From positions 704,001 to 768,000 of the forward strand of contig CM000432.1 in assembly GCA_000165345.1 (NCBI GenBank): 64,000 bases of DNA, read 5' to 3'. The notes under the pieces are model-generated. The model had not been told where the DNA came from, did not search any database, and worked only from the letters and a program-made list of their open reading frames with translations. The position numbers and the translations under genes are program-made. Positions 32,601 to 41,603 of this stretch are shown in pieces (positions within the stretch are counted from its first letter, which is position 1; each line of letters opens with the position of its first letter).

Positions 32601-34550
32601 CTCTGTTGTTAATAAATTATCTGTAGAAAGCCCATCTTTAATATTAGAATTATCTTTATTGTTTGATAAATTTGAATCTTCAGGATTACCTGTTTCGGCC
32701 TTTCCACCGGTACTACCTTGTAAACGGCTTCTAGTTAATATGCCAGTTGGAGAAAATGTATCAATTGATACATCTTTTCCTTTAGGATAAAATGACTCTT
32801 TTTGTATGAACTGCATTGCGTGGTTACATGCTTCATATGTATTTAAATCACATAAAATTTCATTCTCTCCAGCTCTTGCCATTAATCTGGCTGACAAGTT
32901 AACAGTATCGCCTAGTGCTGTGTACTCTTTACGAATTTCGCATCCAACTGTTCCAATCCAAACTCTACCAGTACCTATTCCAATACTTGAACTTAATCCC
33001 ATAAATCGAATGCTATCTAAAATCCTTAACCCTGCAAAAACTGCTCTCAAGGGATCATCCAAATGATATACTGGGGGGAGGCCAAATATGATTAACAATA
33101 ATACGCCCTTATCGTCTACCAAGAATTTGTTTACACTACCTTCCATTGTATACGCTGCTTTCTGGACCAACTGCATTAATTGATGTGCGGTTTTAGAACC
33201 ATAGTGAGTCGAAATATCTAAACCTTTAACTGAAACAAATATACAAGTCAAACGCCTCACTTCATTCAAGAAAACGTTATAGCCGCTTGATAAACATCTA
33301 TAAACTGGAGGCGGAATATACCTTCTTAATAGATCAACATCCTCATCATGAATATGAATAGAAGCCAAGGGAGGAGGAGGTGGTGGTCTAGGCAAAAGTA
33401 GACTGTTAAGTTTTTTAAAATCAGGATTGCCTTCGCATGGTTCCACACTTACATGCTTACCGAGAATTGAGAAAACTGAAGGAGATATAACAGTTTCCCC
33501 ACTCTTTGCTAATGGCTCCGCAATTGCTATTTCTTCAAATGGTGGCCCACCTACGACATATTCCCATCTATCCATTACACCCCCAACTTGTAAAATTGTT
33601 GTCCTACCATAACCAACACCAATATGTAAAGTTAAATGCCTTCCTGGAATTGGAGTAGGGAAGTTGTGTAAAGTCCTATGTATATCCATGCAACATTCGC
33701 ATGCCAACCTACAAGCATGAAACATATCAACAGAATATGTATCAGCAGCATTTGAACTATATTGTGAAGGCGATTCCTCCGATTCCAATTGCTCTTCTTT
33801 ATTCCATCTTTTTTCGGAAGTAGCTGGGCTATTATCATCTATACTGACTTTTGACTTGTTTGAAAACTTACTTGAATCTCTTGCTAACTTGTTAAATTGT
33901 GGGTTGCATTCAGAAGCATTGGCTTGAGACGAACTGTTAGTACTTTCAGTTATCAGATTGACCCCTCCATTATTTAAATTAATAGATTCATCATCTACTG
34001 GCCAAACAACACAAATCGCATCGCCACTAAATTTAATAACATCACCTCCCCAATAATGGATAATCTGGATTAATGGAGTAAAAAAGTTATTAATACATTC
34101 ACCCAGCCTTTCTGCGCCATTTAACTGTTTGTCAAGTGCTGCCGTTAAAGCAGTAAAACCCGATGCATCACAAAACATGATCGCTCCTTTGAAACTCTCA
34201 ATAATAACATCGAAGTCATCTGCATATCCAATTCTTTTGTCAGCAATCGCCTCCAATACAGTTCTCGGAACAAAGCAAGAAAATTGGTTTATATCAAATG
34301 TACTACCTAGCTTTTTTTTCAATTGCTCCGACGAAGAATTCATCTTTTTCATATTATTAAGCCGTTTTTCAGACTTTAAAGCAAGCCATCTCCAGTCATC
34401 TGAAATTCTATCTCTTTCTCCAGACGCTATTATATCTAAATCAGGTGGCCTTTGTGGGACCACTTTTTCTTTATTGCCTACAACAATTGAACGAATACCA
34501 GAATACACAAATAATGTACTTTTGGCAGCGATCAAAGGCACCTGTCCCAT
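29655..34550 (-). CDS. soluble adenylyl cyclase (sAC/AC-beta)-like protein with two tandem class III nucleotidyl-cyclase domains and a long C-terminal region (1631 aa)
   Basis: Cyclase domain 1: GAIMFCDASGFTALTAALD...GDVIKFSGDAICVVWP (compare sAC MFVDISGFT). Cyclase domain 2: FVDDKGVLLLIIFGLPP...GIGTGRVWIGTVGCEIRKEYTALGDTVNLSARLMA. About 1000 aa follow without an obvious transmembrane region. TTTCCCGCC and TTTTCGCCA motifs lie in the 5' flank. Confidence 0.7.
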   Translation of the reverse strand: MGQVPLIAAKSTLFVYSGIRSIVVGNKEKVVPQRPPDLDIIASGERDRISDDWRWLALKSEKRLNNMKKMNSSSEQLKKKLGSTFDINQFSCFVPRTVLEAIADKRIGYADDFDVIIESFKGAIMFCDASGFTALTAALDKQLNGAERLGECINNFFTPLIQIIHYWGGDVIKFSGDAICVVWPVDDESINLNNGGVNLITESTNSSSQANASECNPQFNKLARDSSKFSNKSKVSIDDNSPATSEKRWNKEEQLESEESPSQYSSNAADTYSVDMFHACRLACECCMDIHRTLHNFPTPIPGRHLTLHIGVGYGRTTILQVGGVMDRWEYVVGGPPFEEIAIAEPLAKSGETVISPSVFSILGKHVSVEPCEGNPDFKKLNSLLLPRPPPPPPLASIHIHDEDVDLLRRYIPPPVYRCLSSGYNVFLNEVRRLTCIFVSVKGLDISTHYGSKTAHQLMQLVQKAAYTMEGSVNKFLVDDKGVLLLIIFGLPPVYHLDDPLRAVFAGLRILDSIRFMGLSSSIGIGTGRVWIGTVGCEIRKEYTALGDTVNLSARLMARAGENEILCDLNTYEACNHAMQFIQKESFYPKGKDVSIDTFSPTGILTRSRLQGSTGGKAETGNPEDSNLSNNKDNSNIKDGLSTDNLLTTENSNNQNTDINLNIENLQSIRTWRGWKPLKKLKKFFKPRYSYGLPDMNGPNFRVIPDYAMESMPESKFLGPLMPWEYYEPWDPILRPTLDLGGVMTIYGKENCGIDEIIQNIVHLGEKLERKVFLCSNMPDTPFINIGNVPLLPWKTLCTDIVESWRLTKSREKKGFSNIDRDNSIYGLAKELTHPSFHWTLHKLKPVLQGLVLPSELSENKAFLRMGKYKNKESKKMKDIFRNPLLFVKNLNGQPESLDKELDGGELENDENLNKEVFKDEADDDITSSDEDLSDEDEKGLGPIITSLVNGFSMYENSIICLHVKSGTCFYAGMEQESWKIAKMIARIAMIRRKRKVEHDFKELKKWRRKHSRICLFCKGFKRPIQHISKDTLYLYKTTKCTPPAFKSSPPLLFILICSSNTDSIEEQKEIIQWAKECNAFIEVPKLTLNETSKFIGHQLGVNTQVPFQLVEYVHRASGGIPEHIKRTLLQLLSHKAISISTQDDQQMEDPEKKGSLILDSDKSLNNPDSLSNNISRNASVCSNALSGIDSIGNNFDFGAITSIVPGYNLKNIQGDLGFISSVYSSSDESSSSGSSSSDDSKEWSDDSIKRKIRVPRFRTPGPRELLSSDGVPIIGNKQSNRFSSNDLSGSRHRSSFTKFGQSSYLSRNSEDNRRYIKVTGQLRKIPFAHEIVAECMSKLELLEPDEQMAAKIASAFTFAFTASELHEVYPQKKSPLEFLKMIKAMVNKDVFEVCDTINFGVDRSRRGSINSDHNSKHITLYENDQEKNINGYEDDIYKDISSSTPIMKDISDYLSNVNLSDFSKNNKDSIDVTDPCSSENSEIKNERNEINNDQSVNINIIITEDNQSASENEFPKPQNCDILPYYIEYYRFQNVAFQRVVSESLLSDERKRLARISRKTLSRRLSKLSPSVRSASPQLPSSPTDSSSSKFADNSEANKASTRYLSTIPNNVSVNNTISTNLDVLPEDEK

Positions 34551-34667
34551 CCTTAATTCAAATACTATTTATTTTCGCCAGCTTTGCTTTTGATTCACTC
34601 CTAAAATAGTACTCTCGTATATTTTGCTGAGAGGAACTACCCTTAGCCTTAAAATTCTGTGTGGTAT

Positions 34668-34676
34668 TTTCCCGCC
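34668..34676. promoter_or_regulatory. E2F-like motif TTTCCCGCC in the 5' flank of the cyclase gene
   Basis: Matches the TTTSSCGC E2F consensus. A second related site TTTTCGCCA is at 34572-34580. Confidence 0.35.
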
Positions 34677-35052
34677 AGACCATTAAAATAATAAAAAAAG
34701 CATTTCCTGATGAGAAGATGGCGGCAGCATCTTTAATTTGTCAATACTCAGTACATGTATACAGCAATGGGATAAATTTTATAAAGCCTTATAATAAAAA
34801 ACTAAAGTGTTTGCCTACATTTAATAGCGCATGTTTCCATTCGAATTCTAATATCTAGATAAAAGTCACTTCTTTTCATAAATAACACTCGTAGGAATGT
34901 TAAAGAGTTATTTAGGGTATTTTCTAATGTTATTTCTAAATATTTTTTCGAGGAAATAGATAAGCCACAAAAAAACCTCGTTGCAATTGAAGTTCTGAAT
35001 TTCATATATAACCTTCTGCTGAATTATGTTTCTGCTTATAAGTTTTTATTAT

Positions 35053-37269
35053 TTAAGTTATTGTTGATTCTTCCGTATCACTTCCCTCAAAATGTGGTCC
35101 AGAAAGCCCCTGGATATCATTACCTGCAGCTTCTCTTTCAGATTCAACAATTATGCTAACGTCCAGAGATATGTTATCATTCGATGCTTCAACTGTTCTG
35201 TTATTTGGGATTTCATCAGCTGAAATTTGTCTGCTCTCAACTACGGGTGAGGCATATACACTAGCAGGCATTGAAACCGAAATTTTAGACATACTGCTCT
35301 TTAAATCAGTGGAGCTTTCTCTCGAAATGTTGGAGAATTTTTCAAACAAATTTTCTAAATCTTTTTGCTCTGAAGATTTTGTCGTTAATGTATTACCAGT
35401 ATATTGGCTTTCTTGCCTTCCATTTGAAATACAACTGTTTAAGGAAACAGATCCAGTAATCTTCTCATCTGAACCATTATTTCTATTTTTATTGGAACAA
35501 ATTTCTCTTTGATCGTTTTTACATTCACATTTAATCTCTATCTCTGAGCCCTCTTTTTCTGACTGGCATACACATTCTTTGATTTCTTGAGAAATCATTG
35601 TCAATTCTGCTCCAGAGAAAGTATTAGTATGATCTATTAGATCTCCAAAAATTTCATAATTATATTTTTTATTATGAATAACATCTGAACTATAGCAAAG
35701 TTCCTCGACCTCTGATAACTCTTTTGTAAGAATTGATACCTTTTGTTCAAATTCTGGCTTGGAAATAACTATGCCATTTTCAGAGCTTACTTCAGATTGA
35801 GAGCTTGATTTACCTCCGGAATTGCAATTCAGAGACTTTGCAAAACCATACCATACCGATCCTGCAAGAGTTAAACAAATACCAGTAATAGTGTGAACAC
35901 TTGCATGGTCATGGAATATTATGAATCCACCTGCTGTTTGGGCGCAACTCTTGAACATGCCTAACACATTAAATGTAACTGGGGAGGTATACCCTACGAC
36001 CAAAAATGTAAAGTAATTCAGAAGCATTGAAAGTAATCCGCACAATATCAACAAAGTCCAAAGTCTAAAGAACTCAGGTGAATTTGTATTAAAAGCAGCC
36101 GAACCCATTATCAATTCTAATTCACGGGCAAGGAATATGCATGGTATTAACAGAATGGTAGAAATACATTGGTTATATTTCATTAGTTGTATTGCATCTC
36201 CATTGAAATAATTCATACATTTTTTCATAAATACATTATAAAATACTTGGCAGAATGATGATGCTAATCCTGTAACAATTCCCATAGCTGAAAGAGTAGA
36301 CCTGTCTAGAGAGCCTATCAGAAAACCTGCACAAACGACTATGCATGCAAGAATAGATTGCCAAGTTTGTTTTTGCCCGAGCATAAAATATGATACAATA
36401 ACAGTGAAGATCAAAGACCCCGATCTTGCGAGTTGATAAGTTGAAACCTGTACATATTTTAAACAAATATTTCCAAATGCAACGAGCCCGACAAAGCAAA
36501 TTGACATAGGTAATATTTTTAGTAACTTCTTCATTTCAGCACTGAACTTAATGTTAGTTCTTTTCTGTTTCGCCTTTTCATTAACTGTATTTTCTTCAAT
36601 TCTAATGTTCTGTGAAGAGTTTGCTACAGAGCTATCTTTCAGTTGAGTTTCTTCTATTAAAGAATTTTCTTGGAACGAAATTTCAATGGGAATACTTCTA
36701 TTAGAACCTGCTTCCAGTTCTTTAGCTGAAATATTTTCGTTGGACGTACAATTTGTACTTGTTGCATTTACCTTTCTTGTTTCATTTTCTTTCCTTGGGT
36801 TTGTACTATCTCCGGAATTTTCAGAAGAATCCTTATTCATTTTTGACATGTTTGGAGTTCTTCTAGAAAGTGATAAAATTCCAAAGCAAAATACTCCTAC
36901 AATCTGTTGAACCCATGTTGCAAATACAGGAAAGGGCGCAACTTTATCAAAGAGCCAATGATTATAGTAAATAATTGCAATTGATGTAAAAAAATACCCA
37001 ACTATCGTATATAATGTTAAAAATATGTTATTGTTGTTAGAGAGCCTAATTCTGCTAAATATTTTGTTCTTCTTTGGATTAACACTTTCCTTGCCATCTT
37101 TTCCAATATTAACTAAGTTATCGCATTTATTGCCAAGTATTCCTTGTTCCAAATCTCTATTTAAGTCGCTTTCTATCTCGAATGAAGGATTTTTAAGTTT
37201 TGCTTCCGCTTTAAGACTCTTTTCTTCAGATGAATTATTAATCTTTGAGTCGCTTGAAATCATTTTCAA
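35053..37269 (-). CDS. nucleotide-sugar transporter, SLC35C (GDP-fucose transporter)-like TPT/DMT family member with large non-conserved extensions
   Basis: Core LKYVQVSTYQLARSGSLIFTVIVSYFMLGQKQTWQSILACIVVCAGFLIGS closely parallels SLC35C1 ([33 protein letters not shown]...). Multiple TM helices, an N/S-rich insertion of about 130 aa and a C-terminal tail of about 250 aa. Confidence 0.6.
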   Translation of the reverse strand: MKMISSDSKINNSSEEKSLKAEAKLKNPSFEIESDLNRDLEQGILGNKCDNLVNIGKDGKESVNPKKNKIFSRIRLSNNNNIFLTLYTIVGYFFTSIAIIYYNHWLFDKVAPFPVFATWVQQIVGVFCFGILSLSRRTPNMSKMNKDSSENSGDSTNPRKENETRKVNATSTNCTSNENISAKELEAGSNRSIPIEISFQENSLIEETQLKDSSVANSSQNIRIEENTVNEKAKQKRTNIKFSAEMKKLLKILPMSICFVGLVAFGNICLKYVQVSTYQLARSGSLIFTVIVSYFMLGQKQTWQSILACIVVCAGFLIGSLDRSTLSAMGIVTGLASSFCQVFYNVFMKKCMNYFNGDAIQLMKYNQCISTILLIPCIFLARELELIMGSAAFNTNSPEFFRLWTLLILCGLLSMLLNYFTFLVVGYTSPVTFNVLGMFKSCAQTAGGFIIFHDHASVHTITGICLTLAGSVWYGFAKSLNCNSGGKSSSQSEVSSENGIVISKPEFEQKVSILTKELSEVEELCYSSDVIHNKKYNYEIFGDLIDHTNTFSGAELTMISQEIKECVCQSEKEGSEIEIKCECKNDQREICSNKNRNNGSDEKITGSVSLNSCISNGRQESQYTGNTLTTKSSEQKDLENLFEKFSNISRESSTDLKSSMSKISVSMPASVYASPVVESRQISADEIPNNRTVEASNDNISLDVSIIVESEREAAGNDIQGLSGPHFEGSDTEESTIT

Positions 37270-37667
37270 AATTTATTTTTCATTCAATTTCTAACAGTTG
37301 TCTTTAATTTATGAGTTATTTTGCATAAATTTCTTCATTTAGGTGCACATACATTGAGAAACAGTATTCTCAATAACTTAATAAATCAATTGTTGTCCTT
37401 TGCCTCAAACACATAAATTAGTGCATTATTTGGGGGTTTTTAGACAGAAACGCGGAACTATTAATTAGTTCATGCTTATGGCTTATCCGCCAAATAAAAT
37501 TTATTTTAAATTTGTTTTGAAATCACAAGTTCTTGATAATTAGGGGATCAAACTCAGCAATAAAGTGTAATCTATTTCAAAGGTTATCCTGTTAGATTTG
37601 CCTTGGTTTGCTAATTTTATTTTTTTTCACCACACTTTTTTTCTCGATTTTCGCATGCAAAAAAAAT

Positions 37668-37676
37668 ATTTGGCGG
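37668..37676. promoter_or_regulatory. E2F-like motif ATTTGGCGG in the divergent NST/ALG6 spacer (with nearby CGCATGCAA)
   Basis: TTTGGCGG at 37669-37676. GCATGC core at 37653-37658. Confidence 0.3.
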
Positions 37677-37864
37677 TATAACATTGGGTCAAGGCATGAG
37701 GGGTGAGAATAGTTATTTACTCCTGAAATTCATCTGTTTTCAATTGATAATAAATACACAGATAGAAATAAATTCCAACTCCCTTGCATTATATAACTTT
37801 CACTATATTTGTTTAATGAAGTGAACATAGACGCGATAGAAATAATAGATTTTGTGTTTAAGTT

Positions 37865-39460
37865 TTGACAATGTTAAAGGTAATTTTGGCAGTATTAATA
37901 GGAATCCTTCTAAGGATGCTTATTGGATATTCTGAATATTCTGGCCAATCAGACCCACCAATGTTTGGAGACTTTGAGGCACAACGACACTGGATTGAAA
38001 TTACTACAAATTTGCCAGTTAATATGTGGTACATTGATAATAAACACAATAATTTGAGTTATTGGCCATTGGATTATCCACCATTAACTGCATATCACAG
38101 TATGCTGTGTGGCAAGGTTGCGCATTTTTTAGGATTTAGCAAATTTTTTGAATTGGACAAATCAAAGGGAATAGAGAGTGAGACTCTAAAATGGTTTATG
38201 AGAGGTACCGTTTTGGTTAGCGATATTCTGATTTTCTTTTCTGCTTTTGTATTTTATTGGAGTGTTTCCAATCCTATTAGAGATAAGAGTGAATCAAACA
38301 AATATTTGTTGGTGACTCTTGTATCAGCACCTTATATTTTCGTGGACCATTCTCATTTCCAATATAATTGTGTTGCAATCGGTTTGGTAGTTTGGTCGGT
38401 AAATTTCCTTTATTGCGGCTACCACGCTTTATCAATATTTTCCATAGTTTGTGCAGTATTCTTTAAACAAACCATGCTTTACTTTATACCTGCGTTTGCA
38501 TTCATTTATATTTCAATAATAATTAATACTAAAGGATTCGTAGTGAAAGTCAAACGAGTAATTTATTTCGGGTTAACAGGAATACTTTCAACGCTGTCAA
38601 TTTTGTATCCGTTTATTTTTGATAATATAAAGAATCCATTAAACTATAAAGATATCTTTTATACTACAAGATTTGGTAGTTTACTAGCCAAATATAAAAT
38701 GAATTTTCTTATTCCAATAATAAAAAGAGTTATACCTATATGGAGAGGTGCTTGGGAAAATCATGTCGCATCTTTTTGGTTTGCAAATATATTTATTGTT
38801 AACTTAAAGAAATGGGCAATGAAAAGTGAAGATAACTTAAATACTGCGCTTCAAATCTGTACAACTTGTACTTTATTGGGGTTCTTGCCAGCATGCTTAA
38901 ATTTATTAAATAATCCTTCAAGAAAAAAATTCGAGATTGCTTTGCTTGCATCCTCTCTTTCATTTTTTTTATTTTCTTGGCAGGTACATGAAAAAAGTAT
39001 TATTTTACCACTTACGCCAGCATTACTATTAATGGATACTTTCCCATTGATATCGCTAAGCTTCATTATAGTTTCATCATTTTCGCTTGTAACACTATCA
39101 ATCTTGGATAAAACAACTTCATATCTAATGATTTTTGGATTATTCTCAATTATCATTTCATTTTATGTTTTGCATGGTAAAATTGAAAGATCCAATGGAA
39201 TTGTTGGGTTAATGTATGATAATATGCCGATAATTCTGTCAATATTGTTTTCACTTATGCTTGCTTGCCAGTATTTAGTTCCCCCACCTATAAGATACCC
39301 ATGGTTACACGAATTTTTAAATGCACTGGTCTGCGCATGGACTCTATTTTCTCTACTTATTATATGCACATTGAAGGGAATTTCTTCTGGAGGAAAAAAC
39401 GAACAAAAAAAAGGGTCTCAAATTAATGATATTAACCTAATTTATAATGATAAGAATTAA
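37865..39460 (+). CDS. ALG6: ALG6/ALG8-family dolichyl-P-Glc alpha-1,3-glucosyltransferase (GT57), probably ALG6
   Basis: FGDFEAQRHWIEITTNLPVNMWY...LDYPPLTAYHS matches the ALG6/ALG8 N-terminal signature (EAQRHWMEIT, LDYPPL). Multi-pass membrane protein. The ALG6 call rests on the reduced ALG set reported for Cryptosporidium (from memory). Confidence 0.75.
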   Translation: MTMLKVILAVLIGILLRMLIGYSEYSGQSDPPMFGDFEAQRHWIEITTNLPVNMWYIDNKHNNLSYWPLDYPPLTAYHSMLCGKVAHFLGFSKFFELDKSKGIESETLKWFMRGTVLVSDILIFFSAFVFYWSVSNPIRDKSESNKYLLVTLVSAPYIFVDHSHFQYNCVAIGLVVWSVNFLYCGYHALSIFSIVCAVFFKQTMLYFIPAFAFIYISIIINTKGFVVKVKRVIYFGLTGILSTLSILYPFIFDNIKNPLNYKDIFYTTRFGSLLAKYKMNFLIPIIKRVIPIWRGAWENHVASFWFANIFIVNLKKWAMKSEDNLNTALQICTTCTLLGFLPACLNLLNNPSRKKFEIALLASSLSFFLFSWQVHEKSIILPLTPALLLMDTFPLISLSFIIVSSFSLVTLSILDKTTSYLMIFGLFSIIISFYVLHGKIERSNGIVGLMYDNMPIILSILFSLMLACQYLVPPPIRYPWLHEFLNALVCAWTLFSLLIICTLKGISSGGKNEQKKGSQINDINLIYNDKN

Positions 39461-39476
39461 CTAGATCATCTTGCAT

Positions 39477-40235
39477 TTATGCAAGCGTATCTATTATTGA
39501 AGATTTAAGTTTAATATCTTTCTCACGCATTTCTTCTTGGTTATTCACATTACTATAGGTTCCGAGTTTGAAAATTCTTTCAATTACTGCCATTTCCGCA
39601 GCAGTAGTTTCCATGCCAACGAAACCCGCCCAGTCATTTACTACACAACCTGCACTAACAACATCGCTTCCTCTATTAACTGTACCTGAGGTAATTGGGA
39701 TTTGGAGTAATGCCGACAATTCATTCATTTCATCTTCAGATGCTAATGTATGCACAATTCCACCTTGATTTGTGAACTTTGCGTAACTCCCTACCAACAC
39801 ATGCCCAGCTATTGTAGTCCTAAATACTTCAACTCCAAGCACATCCTGAATTATCTCCTCGGACTCTTTATCCATATCTGTATGAATAAGAGCAACGTAG
39901 TCGTTGCATGCAATACAGTTGCCCAAAGCACTTAGACGCTCCTCTATTCTTTGAACTTTTACATTATCTGGTAAACTATTCCTCAGGTGTTGAAGCTCTT
40001 GATCAGTTGCCATATTTGAAACCAAAAGGCCATTGCGATTCCCAACTGTGCATCTTCCTACTAGCCTTGTACCTCCTATTAAGGTATTAATAATAGGGAT
40101 ATGGTCCATCAATTCTGCTTCAAAGACAGATGTAAATGCTGCAGAGGAGCCATGAGCTAGTAAACAATATCTATTAGTAAGGTTCGCAAAAACTCCGATT
40201 TCGGAAGAACTTTCATATGCAACTCTTAACGCCAT
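39477..40235 (-). CDS. EIF6: eukaryotic translation initiation factor 6 (eIF6)
   Basis: 252 aa with near end-to-end identity blocks to eIF6: [83 protein letters not shown]. Confidence 0.9.
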   Translation of the reverse strand: MALRVAYESSSEIGVFANLTNRYCLLAHGSSAAFTSVFEAELMDHIPIINTLIGGTRLVGRCTVGNRNGLLVSNMATDQELQHLRNSLPDNVKVQRIEERLSALGNCIACNDYVALIHTDMDKESEEIIQDVLGVEVFRTTIAGHVLVGSYAKFTNQGGIVHTLASEDEMNELSALLQIPITSGTVNRGSDVVSAGCVVNDWAGFVGMETTAAEMAVIERIFKLGTYSNVNNQEEMREKDIKLKSSIIDTLA

Positions 40236-40317
40236 ATTGCAAATTTTATGTCGAATAAATTTGATACCTATATTAATTGGTACTTATATTAAAAACCCGC
40301 CACAACCGTTCTGGTCA

Positions 40318-40328
40318 CGGCGCCATTT
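40318..40328. promoter_or_regulatory. E2F-like motif CGGCGCCATTT (rc AAATGGCGCCG) in the eIF6/U5-40K divergent spacer
   Basis: GGCGCC core at 40319-40324, about 85 bp upstream of the eIF6 ATG and about 110 bp upstream of the WD40 gene ATG. Confidence 0.35.
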
Positions 40329-40433
40329 AGCCTGTAATTTTAAAAGACAAGTGGAGTTGTAAAGCTAAGGCGTTATACAGGCCGTAAAGCTCTTTTAATA
40401 AGTTGTAACTGGAAGTGGAACGGCATTTTATAT

Positions 40434-41375
40434 ATGGAACACAAATATGGCGATTTAAATAGTTCTTCGAGAGTGTACGAGCTTACAGGAATTAATGGAG
40501 AATGTTTAGGTACATGCTTTACAAGTGATGGAAGGTCTATTTTGGTTTGCGGAAATGACCCACAGATTCTCCTCTTTCAAAACTATGAAAGTAGTAAACA
40601 TGGAATATCTATGCAAGGGCATACTAAGGCTGTTCTAGAAGTTTCCATGAATAAACAGCATGGCCTTCAGTTTTCCTCTTGTTCTGCAGACAAAACAGTA
40701 CGCTACTGGGATATTGAGACATTAAAATGTATCTCAAAGTTCAAAGGGCACACAAAGATAGTAAATTCGTGTAAATGTAGCAATACCTTGATTATTTCAG
40801 GGTCTGATGATGGGCAAGTGCGTGCATGGGATACTAGAATAAAACAAAATAAAGCGTGCGTTTATAAATATGATAATAAATATCCGATAACAGCAGTGTC
40901 ATGTGAGGGAGAATTGTTTCGAGTTTTTGCAGGAGGAATTGACAATAGCATCTATATGATCGATATGAGAATATCTACCGCTTTCACCCTTTCTACGCTT
41001 AACGATACAATTACGGGGTTGGATGTTAGCCCCGACAATTCTTTTCTAGTGTCAAACTCTATGGACAACCAAGTAGTCATATGGGATATTCGACCTCATT
41101 CAGATTTACAAGACAGGAAAATGGGAACTCTGGTTGGTGCAAAGCATAATTTTGAGGCAAATTTGCATAGGGTAAGATGGAATTTTGATGGGGATCTATT
41201 GGCTGCAGCTTCTTCAGATACAATCATATATATTTGGTCGTTTAAACACAAGAAATTAATTAATAAGTTGGTTGGTCACAAAGGAGCTACTTTAGATATT
41301 AGCTTCCATCCTAGCCTTCCCATTATTGCCTCGGCTGGTTCCGATGGCCGTGTGATTGTTGGAGAATTTATTTAG
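40434..41375 (+). CDS. SNRNP40: U5 snRNP 40 kDa WD40-repeat protein (SNRNP40/PRP8BP homologue)
   Basis: Blocks match human SNRNP40 in order: GHTKAVLEV, SCSADKTVRYWDIETLKCISKFKGHTKIVNSC, SGSDDGQVRAWDTR, GGIDNSIYMIDMR, TGLDVSPDNSFLVSNSMDNQVVIWDIRP, HNFEANLHRVRWNFDG, ISFHPSLPIIASAGSDGRVIVGEF. Confidence 0.8.
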   Translation: MEHKYGDLNSSSRVYELTGINGECLGTCFTSDGRSILVCGNDPQILLFQNYESSKHGISMQGHTKAVLEVSMNKQHGLQFSSCSADKTVRYWDIETLKCISKFKGHTKIVNSCKCSNTLIISGSDDGQVRAWDTRIKQNKACVYKYDNKYPITAVSCEGELFRVFAGGIDNSIYMIDMRISTAFTLSTLNDTITGLDVSPDNSFLVSNSMDNQVVIWDIRPHSDLQDRKMGTLVGAKHNFEANLHRVRWNFDGDLLAAASSDTIIYIWSFKHKKLINKLVGHKGATLDISFHPSLPIIASAGSDGRVIVGEFI

Positions 41376-41603
41376 CTGCTACTAATCAACTAAATCTACT
41401 CAAGTAAAAGATATAAATAGGTAGAATTTGTATAGCTATATGCAGAAATATATTTTTTTTTAATTAGCCAACTGTTTCTTTTATTCGTTGCAAACAATTA
41501 GGGCATCCGTACTACATGGAAAGTTTGAAAATAATAGAATAAAAACCATAATAAATTTAGAACAGATTCGTTTTAAATATATTTTAGTTCGATTAGTGTA
41601 TCA

